Positions 1 through 8,265 of a stretch of 40,353 nucleotides of DNA are shown piece after piece. The DNA comes from a virus. The notes beneath the pieces were generated by a model that made no database searches, was not told the DNA's origin, and saw nothing but the letters and a program-made list of their open reading frames with translations. The stretch is from the IMG/VR virus record IMGVR_UViG_3300045185_000022; one strand, 5' to 3'. Both the position numbers and the translations under genes were made by a program. Positions within the stretch are counted from its first letter, which is position 1. The number at the start of each line of letters is the position of its first letter.

Positions 1-127
1 TGTCGCCCGCCGGCGTGGAGCTTCGGGAGACCGCGACTGACGTCGACCTCACCGTCGTGCAGGCGCCGCGACGTACGTCGCTCGCCGACCTGTTCGGCTC
101 CGGCAGCATCTCGGGCAACGCAATCCG
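1..127. repeat. Terminal overlap copy 1 (identical to 40227-40353)
   Basis: 127/127 identity read directly. It lies inside the capsid ORF and keeps it in frame, so it is an assembly closure overlap. Confidence 0.9.
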
Positions 128-872
128 CTACTTCATCGAGGGCGGTCTCGAGGGCACGTTCGGGACTGTGGGTGAGAACGGGCAGAAGCCGCAGTTCTCG
201 GTGACGCACCCGACGCCGCAGATCGACGCACTCACGAAGATCGCCGGCTGGTACAACGAGTCGGACGAGATCCTCGAGGACTACGCGTGGCTCGCGTCGT
301 CGATCAACAACCGCGCCCTGTACGAGCTCCTGCTCGTCGAGGAAGCGCAGCTGCTGAACGGCAACGGCACCGGCGCGAACCTGCGTGGTCTCCTCAACCG
401 CACGGGCGTGCAGACCGCTACCGCAACGACCGCGACCCTCGCGGACGAACTGTTCAAGGCGCAGACCGCGGTGCAGACCGCGTCGGGTCTCACCGCAGAC
501 GCGGTGGTGCTCAACCCGGCCGACTACCAGGTGCTGCGCCTCGCGAAGGATGCGAACGGCCAGTACTACGGCGGCGGCATGTTCCAGGGCCAGTACGGCA
601 ACGGCACGCTCACCGAGCAGCCGCCCGTGTGGGGTCTGCGTACGGTCACGACGCCCGCGATTGCGCAGGGCACGGCCGTTGTGGGTGCGTTCCGTCAGGC
701 CGCGACCATCTACCGCAAGGGCGGCGTGCGCGTCGAGGCGACGAACTCGCACGACGACGACTTCACGAACAACCGCATCACGGTGCGCATCGAGGAGCGT
801 CTCGCGCTCGCCGTGCGTCGCCCGTCGGCGTTCGTGAAGGTCACGATCTCGGACGAGCCCGCCGAGGGCTAG
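1..872 (+). CDS. Major capsid protein, HK97 fold (3' portion; same ORF as 39893-40353 through the circular junction)
   Basis: In frame with the ATG at 39893 once the 127-nt overlap is removed (1206 nt, 401 aa). Blocks NGNGTGANLRGLLN and LNPADYQVLRLAKDANGQYY are typical of HK97-family capsids. Confidence 0.9.
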   Translation, partial: SPAGVELRETATDVDLTVVQAPRRTSLADLFGSGSISGNAIRYFIEGGLEGTFGTVGENGQKPQFSVTHPTPQIDALTKIAGWYNESDEILEDYAWLASSINNRALYELLLVEEAQLLNGNGTGANLRGLLNRTGVQTATATTATLADELFKAQTAVQTASGLTADAVVLNPADYQVLRLAKDANGQYYGGGMFQGQYGNGTLTEQPPVWGLRTVTTPAIAQGTAVVGAFRQAATIYRKGGVRVEATNSHDDDFTNNRITVRIEERLALAVRRPSAFVKVTISDEPAEG

Positions 873-881
873 CCGATCCAG

Positions 882-915
882 GTGCTGTGGGCGGGTTTCG
901 GCTCGCCCACAGCAC
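882..915 (+). terminator. Stem-loop just after the capsid gene
   Basis: GTGCTGTGGGCG (882-893) pairs perfectly with CGCCCACAGCAC (904-915). There is no clear U-tract, so it may attenuate or stabilise the capsid mRNA. Confidence 0.5.
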
Positions 916-932
916 CGTATCGAGGAGTGGTC

Positions 933-1115
933 ATGAAGAACTACACGGTGATGGTGCGGGGTATCCCGCACCGCATGCAGCTGGACGAAGAGCACGCGAA
1001 GCGGCTCGGCGCGGTACCGATCGAGGAAGCCGTAGCGCATTCGGTCGCGTCGCCGAAGCCGGTGCGTAAGGGCCGGGCTCCAGCGAACAAGAACCGCACG
1101 GTGGCAGACAAGTAG
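933..1115 (+). CDS. Hypothetical protein (60 aa)
   Basis: ATG preceded by GAGGAG; high GC3; lies between the capsid and connector genes. Confidence 0.5.
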   Translation: MKNYTVMVRGIPHRMQLDEEHAKRLGAVPIEEAVAHSVASPKPVRKGRAPANKNRTVADK

Positions 1116-1127
1116 GGGGCGCGGATC

Positions 1128-1628
1128 GTGGACTATGGCGACATGCTCACGGGCACTATCGATCCGATGGAGGCCGCTCAGGCCGCGATCCGCGACTACT
1201 GCGGCTGGCACGTCGCGCCGCAAGTGCGCGAGACCATGATTCGCGACGGTAACGGCAGGCACCTGCTGAAGTTGAAGACGATGCGGATCGTCGAACTGCA
1301 TCAGGTGCTCGTTGACGGCCGCGACGTGACGGAGCGTGTGCGATGGTCTGAGGCCGGCATGCTCGAGGGCGTCCGGTTCCCGAACCGGTTCCGATCGGTC
1401 GAGATCGACCTCACTCATGGATTCGAGCCGGGCGAGGTCGGCGCGATCGCGGGTGTGCTGAGCCGGTCGGCGAAGCGGTTCGGCACAGACCCGACGTTGC
1501 GGTCGCAGGCGGTCGGTGGTGCGTCGGTGTCGTACCTCACGAGTGCCGGCGGTGGCGGTCTGTCGCATCTGCTCACTGCGGATGAGAAGGCAGACCTCGA
1601 CGGCTACCGCCTCACTTGGGGGGTCTAA
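1128..1628 (+). CDS. Head-tail adaptor/connector protein (likely)
   Basis: GTG start after GGGGG; position directly after the capsid; the N-terminus AAQAAIRDYCGWHVAP resembles gp6-type adaptors. Confidence 0.55.
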   Translation: MDYGDMLTGTIDPMEAAQAAIRDYCGWHVAPQVRETMIRDGNGRHLLKLKTMRIVELHQVLVDGRDVTERVRWSEAGMLEGVRFPNRFRSVEIDLTHGFEPGEVGAIAGVLSRSAKRFGTDPTLRSQAVGGASVSYLTSAGGGGLSHLLTADEKADLDGYRLTWGV

Positions 1629-1960
1629 TGGTCACGTATCTGCGCCCGACGAAGGCGCTTGATCCGTACTCGGGCCTACCGACCGGTCTCGATTGGATGA
1701 ACCCGCAACGGGTCGATGCGCCGGCGGCGTTCATCCTCAACTCGAGCACGTCCGAGACGACCGACGGCCAGTCGGACAGTGCAACTGTCGGATGGGTGCT
1801 CTATATCCCCGAGGGGGAGGTTGAGCCGCATCCCGGCGACAAGGTCGAGCTCGACGGCGTCACGTTCGCGCAGAACGGTCGCCCGCTGCGGGAACGAAAC
1901 CCGTTCACAGGGTGGGCGCCGTACGCGCAGGTCAGGCTCACGATGCAGGAGGGCGACTGA
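1628..1960 (+). CDS. Head closure / head-tail joining protein (likely)
   Basis: TAATG overlap with the upstream gene; 110 aa; called by synteny in the HK97-like connector set. Confidence 0.45.
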   Translation: MVTYLRPTKALDPYSGLPTGLDWMNPQRVDAPAAFILNSSTSETTDGQSDSATVGWVLYIPEGEVEPHPGDKVELDGVTFAQNGRPLRERNPFTGWAPYAQVRLTMQEGD

Positions 1961-2229
1961 TGGAGTTCAACGACGGGTTTTTCAAGGAGATCCTCGAGAG
2001 CGAGAAGGTCGGCGATCTGTGTGAGACGGCCGCGGATGCTGTGCATGGGATTGCGTACGCGAATGCGCCGGTCGAGTCTGGTGACTACCGCGACGGGTTG
2101 AAGGTGAAGCGGCAGCGCAGCGGAGACCGCGTTACCGCGCTTGTCGTCGGCGAGGACTGGAAAACTCTTCTCGTCGAGTCGCAGACCGGTAACCTCGCTC
2201 GCGCGGTGCGGGCGGTGAAGCGGCGATGA
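1960..2229 (+). CDS. HK97 gp10-like neck/tail-completion protein
   Basis: TGATG overlap; 89 aa; ANAPVESGDYRDGLKV resembles the HK97 gp10 family signature. Confidence 0.55.
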   Translation: MEFNDGFFKEILESEKVGDLCETAADAVHGIAYANAPVESGDYRDGLKVKRQRSGDRVTALVVGEDWKTLLVESQTGNLARAVRAVKRR

Positions 2230-2654
2230 TCGTCGTCCATTCTGACCTGGAGCAGTGGCTGTGCGGATGGTTGCGTGGCCGACTCCCGGCGTTCGGCATC
2301 AACCCGTCATGGGTGTCGAACGCGGAACGGTCGTCGACTGCCGGCGGCGCGCCAAACGCTCCTGGCGAGCTGCACATCATTATCCGAGTCGACGCCGGCC
2401 CAGAGGGCGACGTCGGCATGAAAGATTCCACGATCGGTGTGACCGTGATTGGCCCGAACCGTGCGGCATTGAAGCCGACCGGTGACGCCGCTCGCATGAT
2501 CGTCGCACTGATTAAGGGCGAGACACCAGAAGCGGTGTCGCCCATCGCAAACGTACAGGTCACCAGCGGCCCGTACACTGTGCCGTCGAGTAACGACGAG
2601 GCCCGCTACTATGCGGTGCTCGAAGCGACCTCGGTCGGCACACAACACCAATAA
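2226..2654 (+). CDS. Tail terminator protein (likely)
   Basis: ATGA overlap; 142 aa; immediately upstream of the major tail protein. Confidence 0.5.
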   Translation: MIVVHSDLEQWLCGWLRGRLPAFGINPSWVSNAERSSTAGGAPNAPGELHIIIRVDAGPEGDVGMKDSTIGVTVIGPNRAALKPTGDAARMIVALIKGETPEAVSPIANVQVTSGPYTVPSSNDEARYYAVLEATSVGTQHQ

Positions 2655-2671
2655 TCGGCCCCACGCGGGCT

Positions 2672-2708
2672 AAACGCCACCCACCCACGGGTGGCGTTTG
2701 TCGTTTCC
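2672..2708 (+). terminator. Intrinsic terminator
   Basis: AAACGCCACCC (2672-2682) pairs with GGGTGGCGTTT (2689-2699), followed by GTCGTTTCC. Confidence 0.7.
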
Positions 2709-2724
2709 ACAGAAAGGGAAGCAA

Positions 2725-3306
2725 ATGGCAGACGCACGGGGCCGTGATGTAAACGAGGCCCTCATCTACGTGACCGGGTTCGCGGGTATCGCGCCCGTCG
2801 AGCAGGAGAACGTGATCACTGCGGTGCAGCTCGGCGCCGACACTCTGACCGTACCCTCCGGCTTCAAGTACCTCGGTCTCCGCACCTCGGATGGCGGGCC
2901 GGAGCAGTCGCGAGAGGCGGGCGACGCGATCGAGTTCCTCGAGGATGGGTTCTCCATCAACGCGGACGGTTCGATCACGGTCGCGATGACGCTCGCGCAG
3001 TACAACGAGATCACCCGAGAACTCTCCCTCGGCAGCGCGCCCGACGCGAACGGTGTCATCAAGGTCAAGGACACCACGAACTCGAACCAGTACATCGTGC
3101 TGCTCGAGTCGGTGTACAAGTCCGGTGCGATCAAGCGTGAGCACGGTGTCGTCCGGGTCTCCGAGATCTCGAATGGCAAGGACGAGCGAGGCACAGTGAA
3201 CGGCATCGCCGTCACGTTCCAGTGGGTTCGCCATGAGCTGTTCGACAACTCCTACTACTGGGAGGCGTACGTCGAGGGCGAGACGACGGAGCCTGTCGAG
3301 CCGTAG
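2725..3306 (+). CDS. Major tail protein
   Basis: RBS GAAAGGGA; 193 aa; flanked by hairpins; located before the chaperone/tape-measure pair. Confidence 0.7.
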   Translation: MADARGRDVNEALIYVTGFAGIAPVEQENVITAVQLGADTLTVPSGFKYLGLRTSDGGPEQSREAGDAIEFLEDGFSINADGSITVAMTLAQYNEITRELSLGSAPDANGVIKVKDTTNSNQYIVLLESVYKSGAIKREHGVVRVSEISNGKDERGTVNGIAVTFQWVRHELFDNSYYWEAYVEGETTEPVEP

Positions 3307-3313
3307 CAGTACC

Positions 3314-3357
3314 GGCGCGGTCGGGAACGCTTCGGGGTCGTGCCCGGCCGCGCCTTT
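3314..3357 (+). terminator. Stem-loop after the major tail gene
   Basis: GGCGCGGTCGGG pairs with CCCGGCCGCGCC (one mismatch), then TTT. Confidence 0.5.
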
Positions 3358-3393
3358 AACCCCGCAACCCCGTCACCCTGAAAGGAAACCGTT

Positions 3394-3777
3394 ATGGCTA
3401 CTCGCAAGAATGCGCCTGCCGCCGCCGAGTTCGACGACTGGTCGGACGAGCGCGAGGCTGAGGTACTCGAATCCATCGCAGAGCAGACGCGCGTCAAGCA
3501 TGTCATCACCGCGGAGAAGCAGTTCTACGGCCGATTCGTTGACGGTGAGATCATCGGCCCGATCCCGTTGAAGCTGTCGCTCGCGACGCTCGAGGCACTC
3601 GACGAAGCGGGTGAGGCGCCCGTCGACCAGATGTCCACGCTGTTCACTCTGCTCGGCATGGAGACTGAGGCAGAGTCGGTTCGGGAGCGAGACCTCGCTG
3701 AGGTGATGAGTCTCGCGGAGAAGTATTTCGGTGCGCTCAACAAGCTTACGAACGTGGTGGTCGGCTCGGGGAAATAG
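3394..3777 (+). CDS. Tail assembly chaperone (G-like short product)
   Basis: 127 aa, acidic, directly upstream of the tape measure; ends in GGG AAA TAG. Confidence 0.75.
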   Translation: MATRKNAPAAAEFDDWSDEREAEVLESIAEQTRVKHVITAEKQFYGRFVDGEIIGPIPLKLSLATLEALDEAGEAPVDQMSTLFTLLGMETEAESVRERDLAEVMSLAEKYFGALNKLTNVVVGSGK

Positions 3778-4157
3778 CGTTCGTCGCCCAGGTCATGCAC
3801 GACTATCCGGACGAGCTCGCAGTGACGCTGCGGGGCGAGTTCGGGGTGTCGGTCTATGACGTGGGCGACGCCGTCTCCCCAGGTGAGGCGTTCTCGCTCA
3901 TCAAGGTCGCCTATCAGGACCCGTCGACGCGGCTCGGCGCCGCGGTGCAGAAGTGGGAGTATCCCGCCTCAATGGTTGACCTCGTGCAGATCGCCGCAGC
4001 GACCGGAGACAAGAGCGACGAAGTCCTGCCGTGGAGCGCACGCCAGCGACTTGATGAGTTGGCGGACCGCAAGGTCACTGAATCCGATGTGGAGGCGGGC
4101 CGGGCACGGCTCGCGCAGGTATCAGCGTTCCGGCGGATGCCGGACTTCGATGGGTAG
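3394..4157 (+). CDS. Tail assembly chaperone, -1 frameshift (GT-like) product
   Basis: The downstream ORF (ends 4157) is in the -1 frame. That frame is open from before 3720 across the stop of the first ORF. This is the conserved G/GT arrangement. Confidence 0.6.
3768..3774 (+). promoter_or_regulatory. Candidate -1 slip site GGGGAAA
   Basis: A G-run plus AAA occupies the last two sense codons before TAG. It is not a canonical XXXYYYZ heptamer. Confidence 0.4.
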
Positions 4158-4166
4158 GAGGCTGCT

Positions 4167-7100
4167 GTGGCGGATTCGATGGTCGGACATGGCTACGTGC
4201 AGATCACGCCGTCGATGCGGGGATTCCGTAAGACGGTGAATCGTGAGGTGGAGGGGACTGCCGGCGAGGCCCGGCGGTCATTCTCCGCCCGCATGAAGTC
4301 GGCTGGCCGCGAGTCCGGGCAGTCGCTCGGTACGTCTCTGAAGCAGACGCTGACGGCGTCGGCTGGGGATCTTGGCGCGGGTGCGCTGAAGGGTCTCGAG
4401 TCGAACGTCGCGAAGGCTGCCGGAGCGCTCTCTACTGCCCGCCTGAAGCAGCAGGACGAGGCCGGCAAGGTTCGTGTCGCGGAGGCGAAACTCGCGGAAG
4501 CGATGAAGAAGTACCCGGAGGGTGCCTCACAGATCGTCGCCGCTGAGGAGCGTGTTGAGACGGCACGGCGGCGGCACAAGGACGCGACCGACAAGGTCAC
4601 TGACGCCTCCGACAGACTACGCACAGCGCAGGACCGGCTCAAGACCGCGACCGACCGCGTCGCGGATTCCGTCGACAAGGTGAAGCTCGGGTCGTTCGCG
4701 CAGCAGCTGCGCGACGGATGGAAGGACGCGCGCGTCGCGAACTCCCAGTTCTCGGGCGTCGCATCCTCGATCGGTGGCATCGCTCGCGCGGTGTCGAACG
4801 CGTCTGGGCTGTCGAAGCTGGGTGGCATCGCCCGAGCTGCAGCGCAGCGTACGTCGACGGCGTTCGGTTCGCTCGCGACGATGATCGGCGGCAAGCTCTC
4901 CGCAGGATGGACGGCCGCGTCGTCGTGGCTGTCGGGCGTAGCGGGTCGTGTCGGCGGATTCCTTGCCCCGGTGGGGCAGCTGTTCTCCAACCTCGGGACG
5001 AAGCTCGCGACGCCGTTCGTGAACCTCGGCACGAAGATCGCTGGACATCTGAAGCCGGTCACGGACTCGGTGAAGGCGTTCGCGTCGAAGCTGCCTGGCC
5101 CGATGGGCAGCGCAGCTTCCGGTATCGGGTCGACCCTCGCATCTGGCCTGTCCGGCCTCGTCGGCAAGATTGGCACAGTCGGGCGGGACCTCGGCGCGCG
5201 GTTCGCTTCCTCCGTGCAGTCGGCGGCGACCGCTGGCGTCGCTGGTGTCGCTGCTGCTGTAGGCGCGGCTCTCGCGGGCGGTATGGGGCGACTCACGTCG
5301 CTCGACGAGTCGATCGCGAAGATGAAGGGCCTCGGATTCGCGTCCGAGGACATCGAGAAGGCGATGCAGATCGCCAACGATGCCGCGGTCGGCACGTCAT
5401 TCGCGATGAACGATCTCGCGTCGGCTGCGGCAATGGCGATGACGGCCGGGATTAAGCCGGGCGAGCAGCTTGTCGGCTACCTCGATTCGATCAAGGGCGC
5501 GGCGACGGCGTCGGGTGCGCCGGTGCAGGAGATCGCGTCGATCTTCGGCAAGGTTGCGACCGCTGGCACCGCGTACACGACGGAGATTCAGCAGCTCGCG
5601 GACCGTCAGATCCCGATTTGGGGCGAACTCGCCGAGGTCATGGGGGTGCCTGCGGCCGAGGTGAAGAAGCTCGCGTCGGAAGGCAAGATCGACCTCGTCA
5701 CGTTCCAGACCGCGGTCACGAACGCGACCGGCGGCATGGCCGAAGAGATGGGCAAGACTCTGCCAGCGAAGATCGCGAACACGCGGTCGGCGTTCTCCCG
5801 GCTCGGCATGGCGCTGCTCGGCACGAAGATGGAGGGCGACGAGCTCGTCGGCGGCTTGTTCCCGGCGTTCAAGTCGTTCTTCGACATGGTGCGCACGGGC
5901 GTCGACGCGGTGACCGCGCTCATTGGCCCGTTCTTTGAGAAGTGGACGACGTCGGGTGGCGGGAAGCTCGTAGAGCTGTTCGATTCGCTGACCGAGAAGT
6001 TCACGAGCTTCAAGGAAACCGTGTCGGACGGTGGCGGGCTGGATGCCCTCGGCGGGCAGGCGACGAACCTTGCTGCGGTGCTTGCGCCGGTCGGTGCGGC
6101 GCTTGCTGCAATCGGTATCGGTGGTCTAGCTCCGCTGCTGGCGCGCATCCCGGTGCTGGGTGGGATGCTCGGTGGCCTCGGCGGCGCGTTCGCGTTCCTC
6201 GGCGGCCCGATCGGGATCGCGGCGGCGGCGATCGCCGCGTTCATGGCCACGGGCGCCGACTCCAGCGCTCTCGTGTCCGGGTTGACGGGAATCATCGATT
6301 CGGTGCTCGCCATGCTCCCGGGCTTGATCGACACGGTCGTGAAGGTCATCCCCGGCATCGTCGACGGCATCCTGAAGGCTGTGCCGGAGCTGCTGACGGC
6401 GGCGACCGGCATCGTGCAGGGGCTGATCGGCGGCATCGTGAAGGCGACGCCGCTGCTCGCCAAGGGCTGGGTGCTGCTGCTGAACGGCCTGATCAACGCG
6501 GTCGTGCAGAACCTGCCAATGATCATCCAGGCCGCGGTGACGCTCGTCACGACCCTGATACAGGGGATCGTGCAGGCGCTGCCACTGTTGATCCAGGGCT
6601 CCATATCGCTCATCACTGGCCTGATTCAGGGCATCGTCACGAACCTGCCCATGATCATCGAGGCCGCGATTCAGCTGGTCATGTCGCTGATCGAGGGCAT
6701 CATCTCGATGCTGCCGACGCTGATCGAGGCGGCGATCTCGCTCGTGACCACGCTGATCACAGCGATCGCAGAGAACCTGCCTCTGATCATCGAGGCCGGT
6801 ATCGGGCTACTCCTCGCCCTCGTGACGGGCCTGCTCGACGCACTGCCTGAGCTGATAACCGCGGTGCTCGAGCTGATTCCCGCGATCGTGACGACCCTGC
6901 TGGAGAACCTGCCACAACTGGTGTCGGCGGCGTTAGAGATGATCCTGGCGATTGCTGGCGGGCTGATTCAGGCGATCCCGGAGCTGGTCGCGGCGATCCC
7001 GGAGATCATCGCGGCCGTGTTCACCGCATTCACTGAGGTCGATTGGCTGTCGCTTGGTGGCGACATCATCGCGGGCATCGTCGAAGGCATTGTGAATGCC

Positions 7101-7493
7101 GGCGGGCAAATCTGGGATGCGCTGCTCGAGATCGTCGGTGACGCCTGGCAGGGAGTCAAGGACTTCTTCGGAATCGCTTCACCGTCACGGCTCATGCGCG
7201 ACACGATCGGTAAGCAGATCCCGGCGGGTCTCGCGGTCGGTATCAAGCAGGGCGCGAGCGAGTCGACGAATGCCGCTTTGGCGATGTCGAAGCAGGTCGC
7301 GTCGGCTGCGCAGACCGCAGCCACGTATTCCTCGAGCGTGGACGTGCAACGCACCGACACGGGCCTCGCGGTCACGGATGCAGCGGGCCTCACGGTCAAC
7401 TTCACCGTGAATGGCGAGAAGGGTCAGGATGTTGACGAGCTCGTCGACATCATCATGCAACGTCTGGGTGGCGTAAGCCGGAGGTTCCGATGA
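4167..7493 (+). CDS. Tape measure protein (1108 aa)
   Basis: GTG after TAGGAGG; the largest gene; coiled-coil N-terminus, Gly/Ala-rich TM-like centre and a repeat array. Confidence 0.9.
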   Translation: MADSMVGHGYVQITPSMRGFRKTVNREVEGTAGEARRSFSARMKSAGRESGQSLGTSLKQTLTASAGDLGAGALKGLESNVAKAAGALSTARLKQQDEAGKVRVAEAKLAEAMKKYPEGASQIVAAEERVETARRRHKDATDKVTDASDRLRTAQDRLKTATDRVADSVDKVKLGSFAQQLRDGWKDARVANSQFSGVASSIGGIARAVSNASGLSKLGGIARAAAQRTSTAFGSLATMIGGKLSAGWTAASSWLSGVAGRVGGFLAPVGQLFSNLGTKLATPFVNLGTKIAGHLKPVTDSVKAFASKLPGPMGSAASGIGSTLASGLSGLVGKIGTVGRDLGARFASSVQSAATAGVAGVAAAVGAALAGGMGRLTSLDESIAKMKGLGFASEDIEKAMQIANDAAVGTSFAMNDLASAAAMAMTAGIKPGEQLVGYLDSIKGAATASGAPVQEIASIFGKVATAGTAYTTEIQQLADRQIPIWGELAEVMGVPAAEVKKLASEGKIDLVTFQTAVTNATGGMAEEMGKTLPAKIANTRSAFSRLGMALLGTKMEGDELVGGLFPAFKSFFDMVRTGVDAVTALIGPFFEKWTTSGGGKLVELFDSLTEKFTSFKETVSDGGGLDALGGQATNLAAVLAPVGAALAAIGIGGLAPLLARIPVLGGMLGGLGGAFAFLGGPIGIAAAAIAAFMATGADSSALVSGLTGIIDSVLAMLPGLIDTVVKVIPGIVDGILKAVPELLTAATGIVQGLIGGIVKATPLLAKGWVLLLNGLINAVVQNLPMIIQAAVTLVTTLIQGIVQALPLLIQGSISLITGLIQGIVTNLPMIIEAAIQLVMSLIEGIISMLPTLIEAAISLVTTLITAIAENLPLIIEAGIGLLLALVTGLLDALPELITAVLELIPAIVTTLLENLPQLVSAALEMILAIAGGLIQAIPELVAAIPEIIAAVFTAFTEVDWLSLGGDIIAGIVEGIVNAGGQIWDALLEIVGDAWQGVKDFFGIASPSRLMRDTIGKQIPAGLAVGIKQGASESTNAALAMSKQVASAAQTAATYSSSVDVQRTDTGLAVTDAAGLTVNFTVNGEKGQDVDELVDIIMQRLGGVSRRFR
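6312..7037 (+). repeat. About 11 tandem 66-bp (22-aa) repeats inside the tape measure
   Basis: Units such as NLPMIIQAAVTLVTTLIQGIVQ / ALPLLIQGSISLITGLIQGIVT / NLPMIIEAAIQLVMSLIEGIIS follow one another without gaps. Confidence 0.8.
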
Positions 7494-8257
7494 GCAGTGG
7501 TGTGCGGGTCGAGTACGGCGGGATCATGTTCCGGGGGAAGGGCTACACAGCAGTCCCTGGGGACAAAACGTTCGGTATTGCTCGTAGTGGCCTGCAGGGG
7601 TTTGATGCTCCTGCAGGCCGCCGCGGCGAGGACATCGCACGACCGGGGGACGGAAGCTTCGCGCTGGCGACTCATGCGGGCGCCGCGATCCGCTCGATCT
7701 CGGGTATCGCCGTCGCCAACTCGCATCGCGAATTGATGGTGATGCGTGACGATTTCGCGGGGCTCGCGTCGGCCGATCTGCGACCGATGGTCTACTGGGT
7801 TGAGGGCATCCCTCGGAGCACGGACGCTCAGGTGTGGGACCAGCCAACATGGGAGTGGGACCCGCGGGATCGCCACGCGAAGTTCCAGCTGATGCTGCGC
7901 TGCCCGTGGCCGTTCTGGCTTGGTGACGCGCACGCGCAGGAGCTCTCGACGGGGCTCGAGTTGGTGAATCGTGGGACGGCGAATGCGTGGCCCGTGATCA
8001 GGATTACGGGCCCGGTATCGACGGCGTTTTCGATCACGGTCGGGGGCCGGAAGGTTCGCGTGGATCGCACGCTCACCGCGACACAGTGGGTTGAGATTAC
8101 GACTCGTACGGGTGTCGCTCGGACGAACGCGGGGGAGCTGTTGCTGTCGGAAGTGACGGGGCTGATGCCGTACCTGCCGCCCGGAGTTTCGACGGTGGTG
8201 TTGTCGAACATTACCGCGCCGCGCGTCAAGTTTTCGTGGTCTGACACATACGTGTAG
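7490..8257 (+). CDS. Distal tail protein (Dit-like) / minor tail protein
   Basis: ATGA overlap with the tape measure; 255 aa; called by synteny. Confidence 0.6.
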   Translation: MSSGVRVEYGGIMFRGKGYTAVPGDKTFGIARSGLQGFDAPAGRRGEDIARPGDGSFALATHAGAAIRSISGIAVANSHRELMVMRDDFAGLASADLRPMVYWVEGIPRSTDAQVWDQPTWEWDPRDRHAKFQLMLRCPWPFWLGDAHAQELSTGLELVNRGTANAWPVIRITGPVSTAFSITVGGRKVRVDRTLTATQWVEITTRTGVARTNAGELLLSEVTGLMPYLPPGVSTVVLSNITAPRVKFSWSDTYV

Positions 8258-8265
8258 GGGGATGC

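Noticed and set aside
1-127. Biological direct terminal repeat (DTR)
   Set aside because: - The repeat lies within the capsid ORF.
- Its length of exactly 127 nt is characteristic of a k-mer overlap in a circularised contig.
- The presence of HNH next to terminase argues for cos ends elsewhere.
4193-6616. Long minus-strand ORFs (400 aa and 336 aa) inside the tape measure gene
   Set aside because: These are antisense GC-rich artefacts. They have no RBS and no recognisable domains, whereas the sense frame encodes a coherent 1108-aa tape measure protein.
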